Positions 8,957 through 19,312 of a stretch of 64,000 nt of DNA are shown one piece after another. Numbering within the stretch: the first letter of the stretch is position 1; every line of letters begins with the position of its first letter. The notes beneath the pieces were generated by a model, which ran no database searches, was not told the origin of the DNA, and was given only the letters and a program-made list of their open reading frames with translations. Both the position numbers and the translations under genes were made by a program. Origin of the DNA: an uncultured Myxococcaceae bacterium. GTDB lineage: Bacteria > Myxococcota > Myxococcia > Myxococcales > Myxococcaceae. The stretch lies in contig CAZEDU010000001.1 in assembly GCA_964511185.1 (NCBI GenBank), forward strand, positions 1,741 to 65,740. Direction: 5' to 3'.

Positions 8957-10336
8957 TTATTTCAGCGCGAGCGCGGTCGTCGCTTGACCAAACTTGGTGA
9001 CGGGGACGCCCAGCGCCTGCAGCAAGCCGAGCCACAGCCTCGAGTTGCTCTCTCCGTTCCCGCGCCAGTGGAAGTCGCCCGTCACGAGCGAGGGTCCGCC
9101 GGCCACCAAGTGCGGCATGTCGCGATCATCGTGGTAGTGCGAGTTGCCATTCTCACTGCAGAGCACGACCAGCGTGTGGTCGAGCAAAGTCCCCGCGCCT
9201 TCCGGAACGCTCGCCAGCGCTTGCACCAGGTAGGCATAAATCTCGACGTGCCACCTGGCGTACTTGGTCATGTTGGCGATGACGCCCGCATCGTTGCCGC
9301 TCCCCACCGTATGGGACATGTCATGGTACGTGCGGCTGAAGCCGAGCCAGGGCATCACCTCTTGGCTGTTGTTCTTCGTCAGCATGTAGCCGATGACGCG
9401 GGTCTGATCACACGCGAAGGCGATCTTCACCAGGTCGGCCATTTGCCGAGCGACGGTCGGCGCGTCCGACGTGGAGGCGGGCTGGTTCGGCTTGACGCAA
9501 CCCGATGAGGCGGGCGGCGTCGACGGCTGCGCCTGAAGGGACTTCTCGACCTCGCGAATCGCGGTGAGGTGCGCGTCGAGGGCGAGCTGATCCTGCGCGC
9601 TCAGCTGAGGCTTGAGCCGGTTCGCGTCCCACAGGACGAGATCGAGCACGGAGCGCTTGCGCTCGACCACCGGGTCGGGACCCGCCGGAGCCGGAGTGCC
9701 GCCCCCGCTCGGGGTGAAGCCGGTGAAGAGCTGGTTGAAGACCGCCTGCGGGCTGAACTGATACGAGACGCCGGTCCCCGCATCCGTGAAGGTGGCCGAG
9801 TTGTAGATGATGTCGCCGGCGCCCGCGGCCCGACAGACGCCCAGCTGCATCGAGCGGAACCGCGTGTCGTTGCCCAGGTGCTTGGCCGCGACGAAGTCCG
9901 CGGTCGGCCCACCGGTGCGCGACGCGCTGTTGTTGTTGCTGAGCCCGGTCATCGCTCCGCTGAAATTGCCCGCGTGCGTCTTGCCGCCGCTGATGATTCC
10001 CGGAGCCGGGTTGTTGAGCCCCGTCACCACGCGCACGTGCTTCTTCACCGACGCGAGCGAAGACAGGGCATCCGAGAGCGCGTAGCCCGCCCCGACCTTC
10101 GAAGGGTTCCAAGTGCCCGGCAGCTTCGAGTACCCCGTCAGAGGCGCGCCGTTGCCCATGTAGAACTGCACGTACCGCTTGGGCAGCGCGCCGCTCTGGG
10201 CGAGCGCCTCTCCATTGACGTCGAACATCGCCTCGAGCGGGCAGAGCCCGACGGCGACACCTGCGCGGGTGAGCCCGCGAAGCACGGTCCGTCGGCTGAG
10301 CTGAAGCTTCTTCTTCACGAGCGTGCTCCTAGACAT
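8957..10336 (-). CDS. DUF1552-family protein with twin-arginine signal
   Basis: The N-terminus SRRTVLRGLTRAGVAVGL is a Tat-type signal. The overall sequence is of the DUF1552 type that is paired with DUF1592/DUF1588 proteins. Confidence 0.8.
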   Translation of the reverse strand: MSRSTLVKKKLQLSRRTVLRGLTRAGVAVGLCPLEAMFDVNGEALAQSGALPKRYVQFYMGNGAPLTGYSKLPGTWNPSKVGAGYALSDALSSLASVKKHVRVVTGLNNPAPGIISGGKTHAGNFSGAMTGLSNNNSASRTGGPTADFVAAKHLGNDTRFRSMQLGVCRAAGAGDIIYNSATFTDAGTGVSYQFSPQAVFNQLFTGFTPSGGGTPAPAGPDPVVERKRSVLDLVLWDANRLKPQLSAQDQLALDAHLTAIREVEKSLQAQPSTPPASSGCVKPNQPASTSDAPTVARQMADLVKIAFACDQTRVIGYMLTKNNSQEVMPWLGFSRTYHDMSHTVGSGNDAGVIANMTKYARWHVEIYAYLVQALASVPEGAGTLLDHTLVVLCSENGNSHYHDDRDMPHLVAGGPSLVTGDFHWRGNGESNSRLWLGLLQALGVPVTKFGQATTALALK

Positions 10337-10348
10337 GAGAAAGCCGGT

Positions 10349-12070
10349 TCAGTTCGAGCGAAAGCGAAACGCGTCATGGCTGGCGAGCTCGACGAGCAGG
10401 CTCTGAAAGCGCCGCTCGTTCTTCTCGAGGGCGACGCCCAGCCCCAAGACCGTGTTCTCGTCCGCGCTCTCGAACCCTCGGCCGAGCGCCCACTGCAGCG
10501 CGTGCCGAACGAAGCAGTCGCCGGTGGTGGGCGTCTGCATGAGCACGGCCCCGAGCTCGGCGACACCGCGGAAGGGCGTCTCGGTGTTCCCGTTCACCAG
10601 GACGCCGCTGTCGTCGACCGGCGCGCCGTTCTCGGTGGTGCGAAACGCCCCGACGCCGTCGAAGGACTCGAGCCCGAAGCCGATGTTGTCCATCAGCTTG
10701 TGACAGCCGGAGCACGCCGCGTTCGTCGCGTGCTGCGAGTAGAGCTGCCGCGTCGTGACGGCCTGGCCGCCGGACGGCTCGAGCGTGGTGTCGACGTCGG
10801 GGGGCGGCTCCGGAACCGTCTGGCACAACATGCGCTTGCGCACGAAGAGGCCGCGAAAGGTGGGCGACGTCCCATCGGTTCGATGCCCGTTCGCCAGCAC
10901 GCTGCCGTGGCCGATGACGCCCCGCCGCGTGGCCGGCAGCTGCACCCGAGCGAAGCCGCTCCCGGGCGGTTGGAGGCCGTAGAGCTTGGCCAGCTCGGCG
11001 TTCACGAAGGTGTAGTCGGCGTCGAAGATGCCGAAGAGGTCGGCGTTCCGACTCCAGACCACGTCTTCGATGAGCCGGCGCGTCTCTTCCACCATCGCGC
11101 TCGCCAGCGTGCCCGTGAAGGTCGGGAACGTCGCGGGGTCCTTCTTCACCGACGGCAGGTCGGTCACCAGGAGCCACTCGTCGTAGAACCGCTGGGTCGC
11201 CTTTCGCGCGCGCGGGTCGCGCAGCAGCGCTTCGGACGCTGCCCGCACCTGCTCTCGGGTCTCGAGCCCGCCTTGCTCCGCCAGGGTGAGCAACGCATCG
11301 TCCGGAGCGGCGTTGATCAGCAAGAACGACAGCCGCGACGCGATGCTGTAGCCGTCGAGCTTGAGCAGGTCGGCCCGCGCGACGCTCGGGCTCGCCTGCT
11401 CGACGCGGTAGAGGAACGAGGGCGACTGGAGCAGCCCCTCGATGACCAGCCGCGCGCCCGCCCAGAAGTCGTTGGCCTTGGCGGCCGCTGCCAGCGCCGC
11501 TTGCGTGTAGTGCTCCAGCTGCTCGCTCGACAGCGGCCGGCGAAACGCCAGCCGCCCAAAGGCGCTGACGAAGGTCCGCATGCAGCTGGCGTCGTTCGCG
11601 CCGCTGGGCGTACAGGACACCAACCGGTTGCGGGCGGCGGTCGAGCCGTACCATTGATCCGCCACCGCCTTGGCGAGCTCGCTGTACGCATCGACCAAGA
11701 GCCGGTCCGTCGCCTGCGCGATCGCCTGATTGGTGTACCCGTTGTCGACGTACTCCTTGGGAAGGCCCGACGTCGAAACCGACAGGCCCAAGAGCGACTG
11801 AACGGTGTTCTCGAGCTGCTCGTACGTGATTCGACGCAGCGGCGCGCTCCCCGGCGTCGCGGGGCCGATGTCGATGGTGCCATCGCCATCGATGTCAATG
11901 CCCGCGCTCGGCCCCTCTTCACCCGCGGCGGCGCCCGTTGGACCTGGGCGCGTCGCGGTGAGGTCGAGAACGCTGGAGCCGTCGCACGCGGCGAAGAGAA
12001 ACGCCGCCGCGACGAAAGTCACACCTGGGAAGGAGTGTCGGGTGTTCACGGCGCTGTCCTGGAGCACCAA
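10349..12070 (-). CDS. DUF1592/DUF1588-type lipoprotein with a CXXCH motif
   Basis: Lipobox AAFLFAAC, the characteristic FRGLFVRKRMLCQTVPEPPPDVD and ACSGCHKLMDNIGFGLESFDGVGAFR. It ends 12 nt upstream of the DUF1552 start. Confidence 0.8.
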   Translation of the reverse strand: MVLQDSAVNTRHSFPGVTFVAAAFLFAACDGSSVLDLTATRPGPTGAAAGEEGPSAGIDIDGDGTIDIGPATPGSAPLRRITYEQLENTVQSLLGLSVSTSGLPKEYVDNGYTNQAIAQATDRLLVDAYSELAKAVADQWYGSTAARNRLVSCTPSGANDASCMRTFVSAFGRLAFRRPLSSEQLEHYTQAALAAAAKANDFWAGARLVIEGLLQSPSFLYRVEQASPSVARADLLKLDGYSIASRLSFLLINAAPDDALLTLAEQGGLETREQVRAASEALLRDPRARKATQRFYDEWLLVTDLPSVKKDPATFPTFTGTLASAMVEETRRLIEDVVWSRNADLFGIFDADYTFVNAELAKLYGLQPPGSGFARVQLPATRRGVIGHGSVLANGHRTDGTSPTFRGLFVRKRMLCQTVPEPPPDVDTTLEPSGGQAVTTRQLYSQHATNAACSGCHKLMDNIGFGLESFDGVGAFRTTENGAPVDDSGVLVNGNTETPFRGVAELGAVLMQTPTTGDCFVRHALQWALGRGFESADENTVLGLGVALEKNERRFQSLLVELASHDAFRFRSN

Positions 12071-12238
12071 GCGTGCCGTACGGAAGCGCGCGGACCGCCG
12101 TGGTTTTCCACTCGAAGAGAGCGCGATTGGGACGCACCAGGGTGACCACGCCAGGGCACCTCAAGAGAACTTCGTCGCAGCGGCTCGGCCCTGCTTTGCG
12201 CTAGGAAGGCCCATCCACTCGTTGTCGGGAGCCACCGC

Positions 12239-14362
<2,124 letters not shown>

Positions 14363-14372
14363 ACGGTGGAAG

Positions 14373-14400
14373 GGGGACCGTCCCCAACGGGACTGTCCCC
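14373..14400 (+). terminator. Twin GGGGACNGTCCCC hairpin directly after the S9 peptidase stop
   Basis: GGGGACCGTCCCC-AAC-GGGACTGTCCCC can form a roughly 12-bp stem with one mismatch. It is followed by GGATTTTCC and lies 11 nt after the stop codon. Confidence 0.5.
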
Positions 14401-14461
14401 GGATTTTCCAAGCGCCATCCCGCAGAAGACTTCCGAGCCGACCTCGCGGCTCGTCAACCCC

Positions 14462-14490
14462 GGGGACGGTCCCTGGCAGGGACAGTCCCC
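14462..14490 (-). terminator. Second twin GGGGACNGTCCCC hairpin, just after the manC stop on the minus strand
   Basis: GGGGACGGTCCC-TGGCA-GGGACAGTCCCC, the same family as 14373-14400 and 61099-61126. There is no clear U-tract. Confidence 0.45.
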
Positions 14491-14497
14491 GCCGCCT

Positions 14498-15583
14498 TCA
14501 CAAGTACTTCTGCCGCTTGAGCACCTTGAGGGCGTCGACCACCTTGCGCACGTCCTGGCTCTTGTCCTTGGGCAGCACCAGGACCGCGTCGCCGGCGTCC
14601 ACCACCACCGCGTCCCTCATGCCCACCACCGCGAGCGGCCGCTTGTTGGCGAGCACCACGCAACCGTCGGAGTCGATGAGAATCGCGCCGTCGCCGCTCA
14701 CCACGTTGCCGCGCGCGTCGGCCGGCCGCACCTCGGGCAGCGCATTGAACGAGCCCACGTCCGACCAGCCGAACGACCCCGGCACCACCGCGATGTTCTG
14801 CGCGCGCTCGGCCACCGCGTAGTCGATGGAGATGGCCGGCAGCGTGGGGAACACCTTCGCCAGCGTCTTCGCGTAGCTCGGCTTGCCGACCGCCGCGCGG
14901 ATCTTCTCCAAGCCCGGCATCAGCTCGGGCATGTGGCGCGCGAACGCCTCCAGCATCACGTCCGCGCGGAACACGAAGATGCCCGCGTTCCACAGGTACT
15001 CCCCCGACGAGAGGTAGCGGCGCGCGGTCTCCAAGTCCGGCTTCTCGACGAACGCCTGCACCACGCGCGCACCGTCGGGCCGCTTGTCGCCCACCCGGAT
15101 GTAGCCGTAGCCGGTCTCCGGTCGCGTGGGCTGAATCCCGAGCGTCACGATGTCGCCGCCGCGCGCGGCCTTCGCCGCGACCTGCAGCGCGGCCTGGAAG
15201 CCGGGCACGTCGGCGACGTGCTGATCCGCCGGCAGCACCACCAAGACACCTTCCGGGTCCTTGGCCGCCACGTGCGCCACCGCGAGCGCGATGGCGGGCG
15301 CGGTGTTGCGCGCCACCGGCTCGACCAGCACGTTCTTCGGCGGCAGGCCTTTCAAGTGCCGCCTCACCGCGCCGGCGTGCGCCTTGCCGCAGACGACGTA
15401 CGTGCGCCGGCGGTCGGCCAGGCCCGCCAGCCGCGCGGCCGTCTCGACGATGAGCGGCGACGACGAGGTGAGCGGCAAGAACTGCTTCGGCCGGCTCGAC
15501 CGCGAGAGCGGCCAGAACCGCGTGCCGGAGCCGCCGGCGATGATGACTGGATACAAAGCTGCTTCGCCCTTCGCCTGCTTCAT
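14498..15583 (-). CDS. manC: Mannose-1-phosphate guanylyltransferase (GDP-mannose pyrophosphorylase)
   Basis: The N-terminus VIIAGGSGTRFWPLSR is a nucleotidyltransferase motif. At 361 aa it has no fused isomerase domain. Confidence 0.9.
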   Translation of the reverse strand: MKQAKGEAALYPVIIAGGSGTRFWPLSRSSRPKQFLPLTSSSPLIVETAARLAGLADRRRTYVVCGKAHAGAVRRHLKGLPPKNVLVEPVARNTAPAIALAVAHVAAKDPEGVLVVLPADQHVADVPGFQAALQVAAKAARGGDIVTLGIQPTRPETGYGYIRVGDKRPDGARVVQAFVEKPDLETARRYLSSGEYLWNAGIFVFRADVMLEAFARHMPELMPGLEKIRAAVGKPSYAKTLAKVFPTLPAISIDYAVAERAQNIAVVPGSFGWSDVGSFNALPEVRPADARGNVVSGDGAILIDSDGCVVLANKRPLAVVGMRDAVVVDAGDAVLVLPKDKSQDVRKVVDALKVLKRQKYL

Positions 15584-15759
15584 CCGTCACCCCGGCTGTC
15601 GGCTGACGCGCACGCTACCCGAGGCGACTGGTACCAGCCAGTACCGGTCTGGCGCCAACTCGCGTTCACACTTCTGGGCGGACCAAGCCAATTCCGCGAC
15701 CTTGGCTTAGGAACAGGAGTTGCTTCGATGCGCTGAATCTCTCGCGGAGCGCGTCCAAC

Positions 15760-15899
15760 ATGCTGAGCCGATTGATCACCTTGGGTGGAGTCCTGCTGCT
15801 CGCTGCATGCGGGCCCGAGAGCGAGTGGAGCGAAGAAGGCCTGGGAACAGAAGCAGCGTTGGATCAAGCGCTCACTCTCGCCACGCTCCGGGAGAAGAC
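15760..15899 (+). other. Lipoprotein signal-peptide ORF, out of frame with the downstream CBM-like body (apparent frameshift)
   Basis: MLSRLITLGGVLLLAAC is a good lipobox and is followed by GPESEWSEEG...ATLRE. This frame runs into junk after about 15895, exactly where the other frame starts to look like protein. Confidence 0.5.
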
Positions 15900-17186
15900 A
15901 TGCGCCTGCCCGACGCGCTCGGGCGCGTGGAGCTCGACCCCGCGGCGAGCGGTGAGCGCGCGCTGTTGATTTGGGCGAACGGCACCGCGCGAGGCACGCT
16001 CTCTTCGCCGAGCGCCTTTCAAGAGCTGACAGTGCGCGTGCGCGGCTCGAGCTGCGAAGGCCCCGCGCGCTTCACCGTACGGCTCGACGGGCGCGCGGTG
16101 CTCGCGGCGGCGGCCTCGAACGGCTACACGACCTTTCGGGCTTCGGTGTCCGGCGCGGCCGGCAACCGCGAGCTCAGCGTCTCGTTCGACAACGACCGCT
16201 ACCGGAGCCGTACCTGCGACCGCAACATTTGGGTGGACCTGATCCGCATTCACACGTCCCGGAACGGCGACCCCGGCACCGCGCCAAGCCCAACCGAGCC
16301 GGCGCCGACACAACCCGCGCCGACGCAGCCCGCGCCCGCTTCGCACCCGCGGCTCTTCGCGGCGTCGTCCCTGTGGAACACCGACAAATCGAGTCAGTCG
16401 CTCACCTTCGCGACCGGCGCCGACAAGCTGCTCTCGTCGCTCTCGTACGGGCTCAACAACGGCGCGTTCTCGCGCCCGGTCTACTTCGCGACCGCGAACG
16501 ACCCGCTGGTGACCTTCCGGTTGGGGGCGGGCTGGGGCTTTCCCGCGGCGACCGTTCAGATTCGGCTCCCGAGCGGCGCCCGCCAGGCGTCGGGCTCGGA
16601 CGCGGTCATGAGCGTCCTCCAACCAGACGGCACGCTGTTCGACCTCTACGGAGTCTCGGGCGGAGGGACGAGCTGGAGCGCGCAGTTCTATGGCCGCTCG
16701 AACGGCATCACCGGCAGCGGCTTCGGAAATCCGCAGACGCTGCAGGCCGCTGGCACCACCGCGATCGGCAGCCCGCAGGCCGGCGGCGTCATCCTCGCGC
16801 GCGACATCGACGCGGTGAACGGCGGCGCGCTCGACTTCGGCCACGCCATCTCCATGGCGTTCGACTACATGCACTCGGGGGGCGCGGGCACGTCGGGCAA
16901 GCCTCAAGTCTTGCCGGCGGTGGCCAATGACGTCGGTGGTGGCCCCGGCCCGATTCCGCAAGGCGGCTTGATGGTGATTCCACCGGGCACGCCCATGCCG
17001 TCAGGGCTGTCCGTGGCGGGCAAGGCGCTGTGGCGGTCGCTCGCGACGTACGGCGCGTACAACACCGACAAACTCGGCGGGAATCCGATGTTCTACGGCG
17101 ACGGCTCGAGCAAAGTCGGGTCGGCGTTGAGCGCCAACGACCTGACGCTGTGCGGTCGAGCGCTCCGACTCGTTCGGACGTGGTAG
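15900..17186 (+). CDS. Secreted protein with an N-terminal CBM-like beta-sandwich, a Pro/Thr linker and a C-terminal domain of unknown function (body of the frameshifted gene)
   Basis: EDMRLPDALGRVELDPAASGERALLIWANG...SVSFDNDRYRSRTCDRNIWVDLIRIH resembles Ca-dependent CBM (CBM60/36-like) modules. PSPTEPAPTQPAPTQPAP is the linker, followed by about 270 aa that I do not recognise. Confidence 0.7.
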   Translation: MRLPDALGRVELDPAASGERALLIWANGTARGTLSSPSAFQELTVRVRGSSCEGPARFTVRLDGRAVLAAAASNGYTTFRASVSGAAGNRELSVSFDNDRYRSRTCDRNIWVDLIRIHTSRNGDPGTAPSPTEPAPTQPAPTQPAPASHPRLFAASSLWNTDKSSQSLTFATGADKLLSSLSYGLNNGAFSRPVYFATANDPLVTFRLGAGWGFPAATVQIRLPSGARQASGSDAVMSVLQPDGTLFDLYGVSGGGTSWSAQFYGRSNGITGSGFGNPQTLQAAGTTAIGSPQAGGVILARDIDAVNGGALDFGHAISMAFDYMHSGGAGTSGKPQVLPAVANDVGGGPGPIPQGGLMVIPPGTPMPSGLSVAGKALWRSLATYGAYNTDKLGGNPMFYGDGSSKVGSALSANDLTLCGRALRLVRTW

Positions 17187-17194
17187 CGCGCTCG

Positions 17195-17779
17195 TCAGCG
17201 CTCGTCCACCGCTTCGATTTCGGCGAGCAAGTCCCTCAAGATGTGCGCGGTGGCGCCCCAGATGGTGTGCGGCCCGTGCTCGTAGAAGTACACGTCCAGG
17301 TCTCTGTCGAAGATGCGCCGCCGCTCGGTGCGGCGCCGCGCGGGGTCGAGCAAGCTCGGCAGCGGCACCTCGAGCACCGACGCCACCTCGTCGGGGCTGG
17401 GGACGTAAGGGAATGCGGGCGGGATGACCCCGACGAACGGCGCGACCCGAAAGTGCGTGATGGTCGCGATCTCGTCCAGCATCCCCAGCACCTGGACCTG
17501 CTCGGGCGGAATGCCCAGCTCCTCGTGCGTCTCGCGCAGCGCGGTGTGCAGCGGCGTCAAGTCCTCGGGGTCGCGCGCGCCCCCCGGAAAGGCGATTTGC
17601 CCCGCGTGCTGCCGCAGGCTCTCGGGCCGCTGGGTGAACAGCACGTGCGGCACCCCGTCGCGCGTGAACAGCGGCACCAGCACCGCGGCCTCGCGCCACC
17701 CGTCCCCCGGGAGCTGGAGCGACTTGGGCGCCCGCGCGCTGAGCCGCGCCTGGAGCGCGCCGTACGGCACCGGCTTCAA
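17195..17779 (-). CDS. Nudix hydrolase, CoA pyrophosphatase-like
   Basis: Nudix box GGARDPEDLTPLHTALRETHEELGI. The start overlaps the uppP stop by 4 nt. Confidence 0.8.
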   Translation of the reverse strand: MKPVPYGALQARLSARAPKSLQLPGDGWREAAVLVPLFTRDGVPHVLFTQRPESLRQHAGQIAFPGGARDPEDLTPLHTALRETHEELGIPPEQVQVLGMLDEIATITHFRVAPFVGVIPPAFPYVPSPDEVASVLEVPLPSLLDPARRRTERRRIFDRDLDVYFYEHGPHTIWGATAHILRDLLAEIEAVDER

Positions 17780-18639
17780 CGCCGCCCCACCGCGCTCACC
17801 GGCTCGGCGACGCCGGTGTGAGGCTGGAGCACGCCGGCCCCGAGCAGCGCGAAGAGCAGCGCGCCCAGCGCCAACCGGTACACCACGAAGACCAGCGTGG
17901 TGCGGGTGCGCAGGTAGCGCAAGAGCGCGGCGATCGCGGCCATGCCGGTGAGGAACGAGACGCTGGTGCCCAAGACGAGCGCCATCGTCGACGGCCGGTC
18001 GTGCGCCTCGAGCAGGTGCTTGAGCTCGAACACCCCCGCGAGCGCGGTGGCCGGCACCGAGAGCAGAAACGAGAACCGCGCGGCGTCGTCACGCCGAAAG
18101 CCCAGCGTCAACCCGCCGGTCAGCGTGGTGCCCGAGCGCGACGAGCCGGGAATCAACGCCAGCGCCTGCCACAGCCCGATGATGATGCCGTCGCGCAGCC
18201 GCACGTCTTCGATGGTGCGCCGGTGCCGGGCGAACCGCTCGGCCAGGAACAGCACCACCGCCAAGCCCATCAGCGACGCGGCGATGACGTAGAGCGAGCG
18301 AAACGAAGTCTCAATCGACTTCTTGAGGAGCAGCCCTGCGACGCCGATGGGGAGCGTGCCCAGGAGCACGCACCAGGCGAGCCGCGCGTCGAGCTCGGCG
18401 AACGGCGCGCGCCGCCAAAGCCCCCGCACCCACGCCTGGGTCAGCCGCCACAGGTCCCTCCAGAAGTACAGGATGACCGCCGCCACCGTGCCGAGCTGAA
18501 TGACCGCCGAGTACGCCGCGCCCGGGTCCTTCCAGCCGAACAGCTCGGGAGCGATGCGCAGATGCGCGGTCGAGCTCACCGGCAAAAACTCGGTGAGTCC
18601 CTGCACCAACCCTAAGACCACCGCCTCCACCCAGCTCAT
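17776..18639 (-). CDS. uppP: Undecaprenyl-diphosphate phosphatase
   Basis: MSWVEAVVLGLVQGLTEFLPVSSTAHL is the BacA/UppP signature. The protein is polytopic and 287 aa. Confidence 0.95.
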   Translation of the reverse strand: MSWVEAVVLGLVQGLTEFLPVSSTAHLRIAPELFGWKDPGAAYSAVIQLGTVAAVILYFWRDLWRLTQAWVRGLWRRAPFAELDARLAWCVLLGTLPIGVAGLLLKKSIETSFRSLYVIAASLMGLAVVLFLAERFARHRRTIEDVRLRDGIIIGLWQALALIPGSSRSGTTLTGGLTLGFRRDDAARFSFLLSVPATALAGVFELKHLLEAHDRPSTMALVLGTSVSFLTGMAAIAALLRYLRTRTTLVFVVYRLALGALLFALLGAGVLQPHTGVAEPVSAVGRR

Positions 18640-18662
18640 GGGCGCTGAGCTTTATTTCAGAC

Positions 18663-18704
18663 AAAAAAAAGAGGCGAGCACCGCGTTCGTCTGCGGTGCC
18701 CGCC
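18663..18704 (-). terminator. Textbook intrinsic terminator on the minus strand, 23 nt upstream of the uppP ATG
   Basis: The minus strand reads GGCGGGCACCGC-AGACGAAC-GCGGUGCUCGCC-UC-UUUUUUUU: a 12-bp stem with one G.U pair, an 8-nt loop and a U8 run. The U8 run is exceptional in this GC-rich DNA. Confidence 0.8.
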
Positions 18705-18974
18705 TTCCAAGACCCGCCTCACACGCCCTCGCCTCCCCCTCGACGCGGCCCTTCCCCCAAGCGAGCCGAGCGGTCTTGCTTCACCCCCCCACGCCCTTTA
18801 GGCAAAGCAGCGCGTGTGCCAAGGCCAGCGGCCGCGCCGAAGGCCCCGTCATCACGCGGGAGGCGCCTCCCAGTGTCGAGCAGGCCCCATCCGCGGGAGG
18901 CGGAAGGCCGTCACATTTTCCGAACCGCGGGCTGGCTTCTTTACAGGCCGAGCGGGGCGGACTATCGAAAGCCA

Positions 18975-19304
18975 ATGCCGCCGTTCGTGCATGAACGAAA
19001 GTACCCGCGCGCCGTGGTCGAGCTTCCGGTGCTCGACAAGCGCGCCGAGGACGGCGAGCCGCCCGCCTGCACGCGCGACATCTCGGTCGGCGGCATGTTC
19101 ATCCGCACGGTGAAGCTCAAGCCGCTGGGCAGCCGGCACGTGTTCAACGTCACCTTCCCCGGCGACGAGGTGCCCATGGAGCTGGCCGCCGAGGTGATTC
19201 GGGTGGAGGCGCACCACAACCCCGGCATGGCGGTGCGCTTCATCTTCGGCAAGGAAGCCCAGCGCTCGCTGTTCGCCGCGCAGGTGCAGCGGCTGCTCGC
19301 CTGA
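18975..19304 (+). CDS. Single-domain PilZ protein (c-di-GMP receptor type)
   Basis: 109 aa with both canonical motifs, RKYPR (RxxxR) and DISVGG (D/NxSxxG). The ORF-track start at 18696 adds Pro/Ser-rich junk. Confidence 0.8.
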   Translation: MPPFVHERKYPRAVVELPVLDKRAEDGEPPACTRDISVGGMFIRTVKLKPLGSRHVFNVTFPGDEVPMELAAEVIRVEAHHNPGMAVRFIFGKEAQRSLFAAQVQRLLA

Positions 19305-19312
19305 CGTGGGCT

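Noticed and set aside
9569-12145. 858-aa plus-strand ORF (likewise 12161-14251 minus, 30767-32857 plus, 19936-21729 plus and 36509-38794 minus)
   Set aside because: All are antisense or off-frame to recognisable genes (DUF1552/DUF1592, S9 peptidase, ptsI, metK, hprK/GT22). All have the Arg/Gly/Ala/Pro/Asp bias of non-coding frames in GC-rich DNA.
12199-12214. Sigma-54-like CGGCCC-TGCTT-TGCG upstream of the S9 peptidase gene
   Set aside because: The GG-to-GC spacing is one base short of the strict -24/-12 geometry, and the motif sits only about 25 nt from the ATG.
15720-15899. N-terminal 60 codons of ORF 15720-17186 (MLRCAESLAERVQHAEPIDHLGWSPAARC...)
   Set aside because: It has no signal peptide or domain character, whereas the alternative frame over the same DNA encodes a clean lipoprotein signal. 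It is interpreted as the out-of-frame part of a frameshifted gene.
18781-18975. 64-aa minus-strand ORF in the uppP-PilZ gap
   Set aside because: It is Pro/Gly/Ala/Ser-rich with no RBS, signal or motif. The region is treated instead as potentially non-coding RNA or leader.
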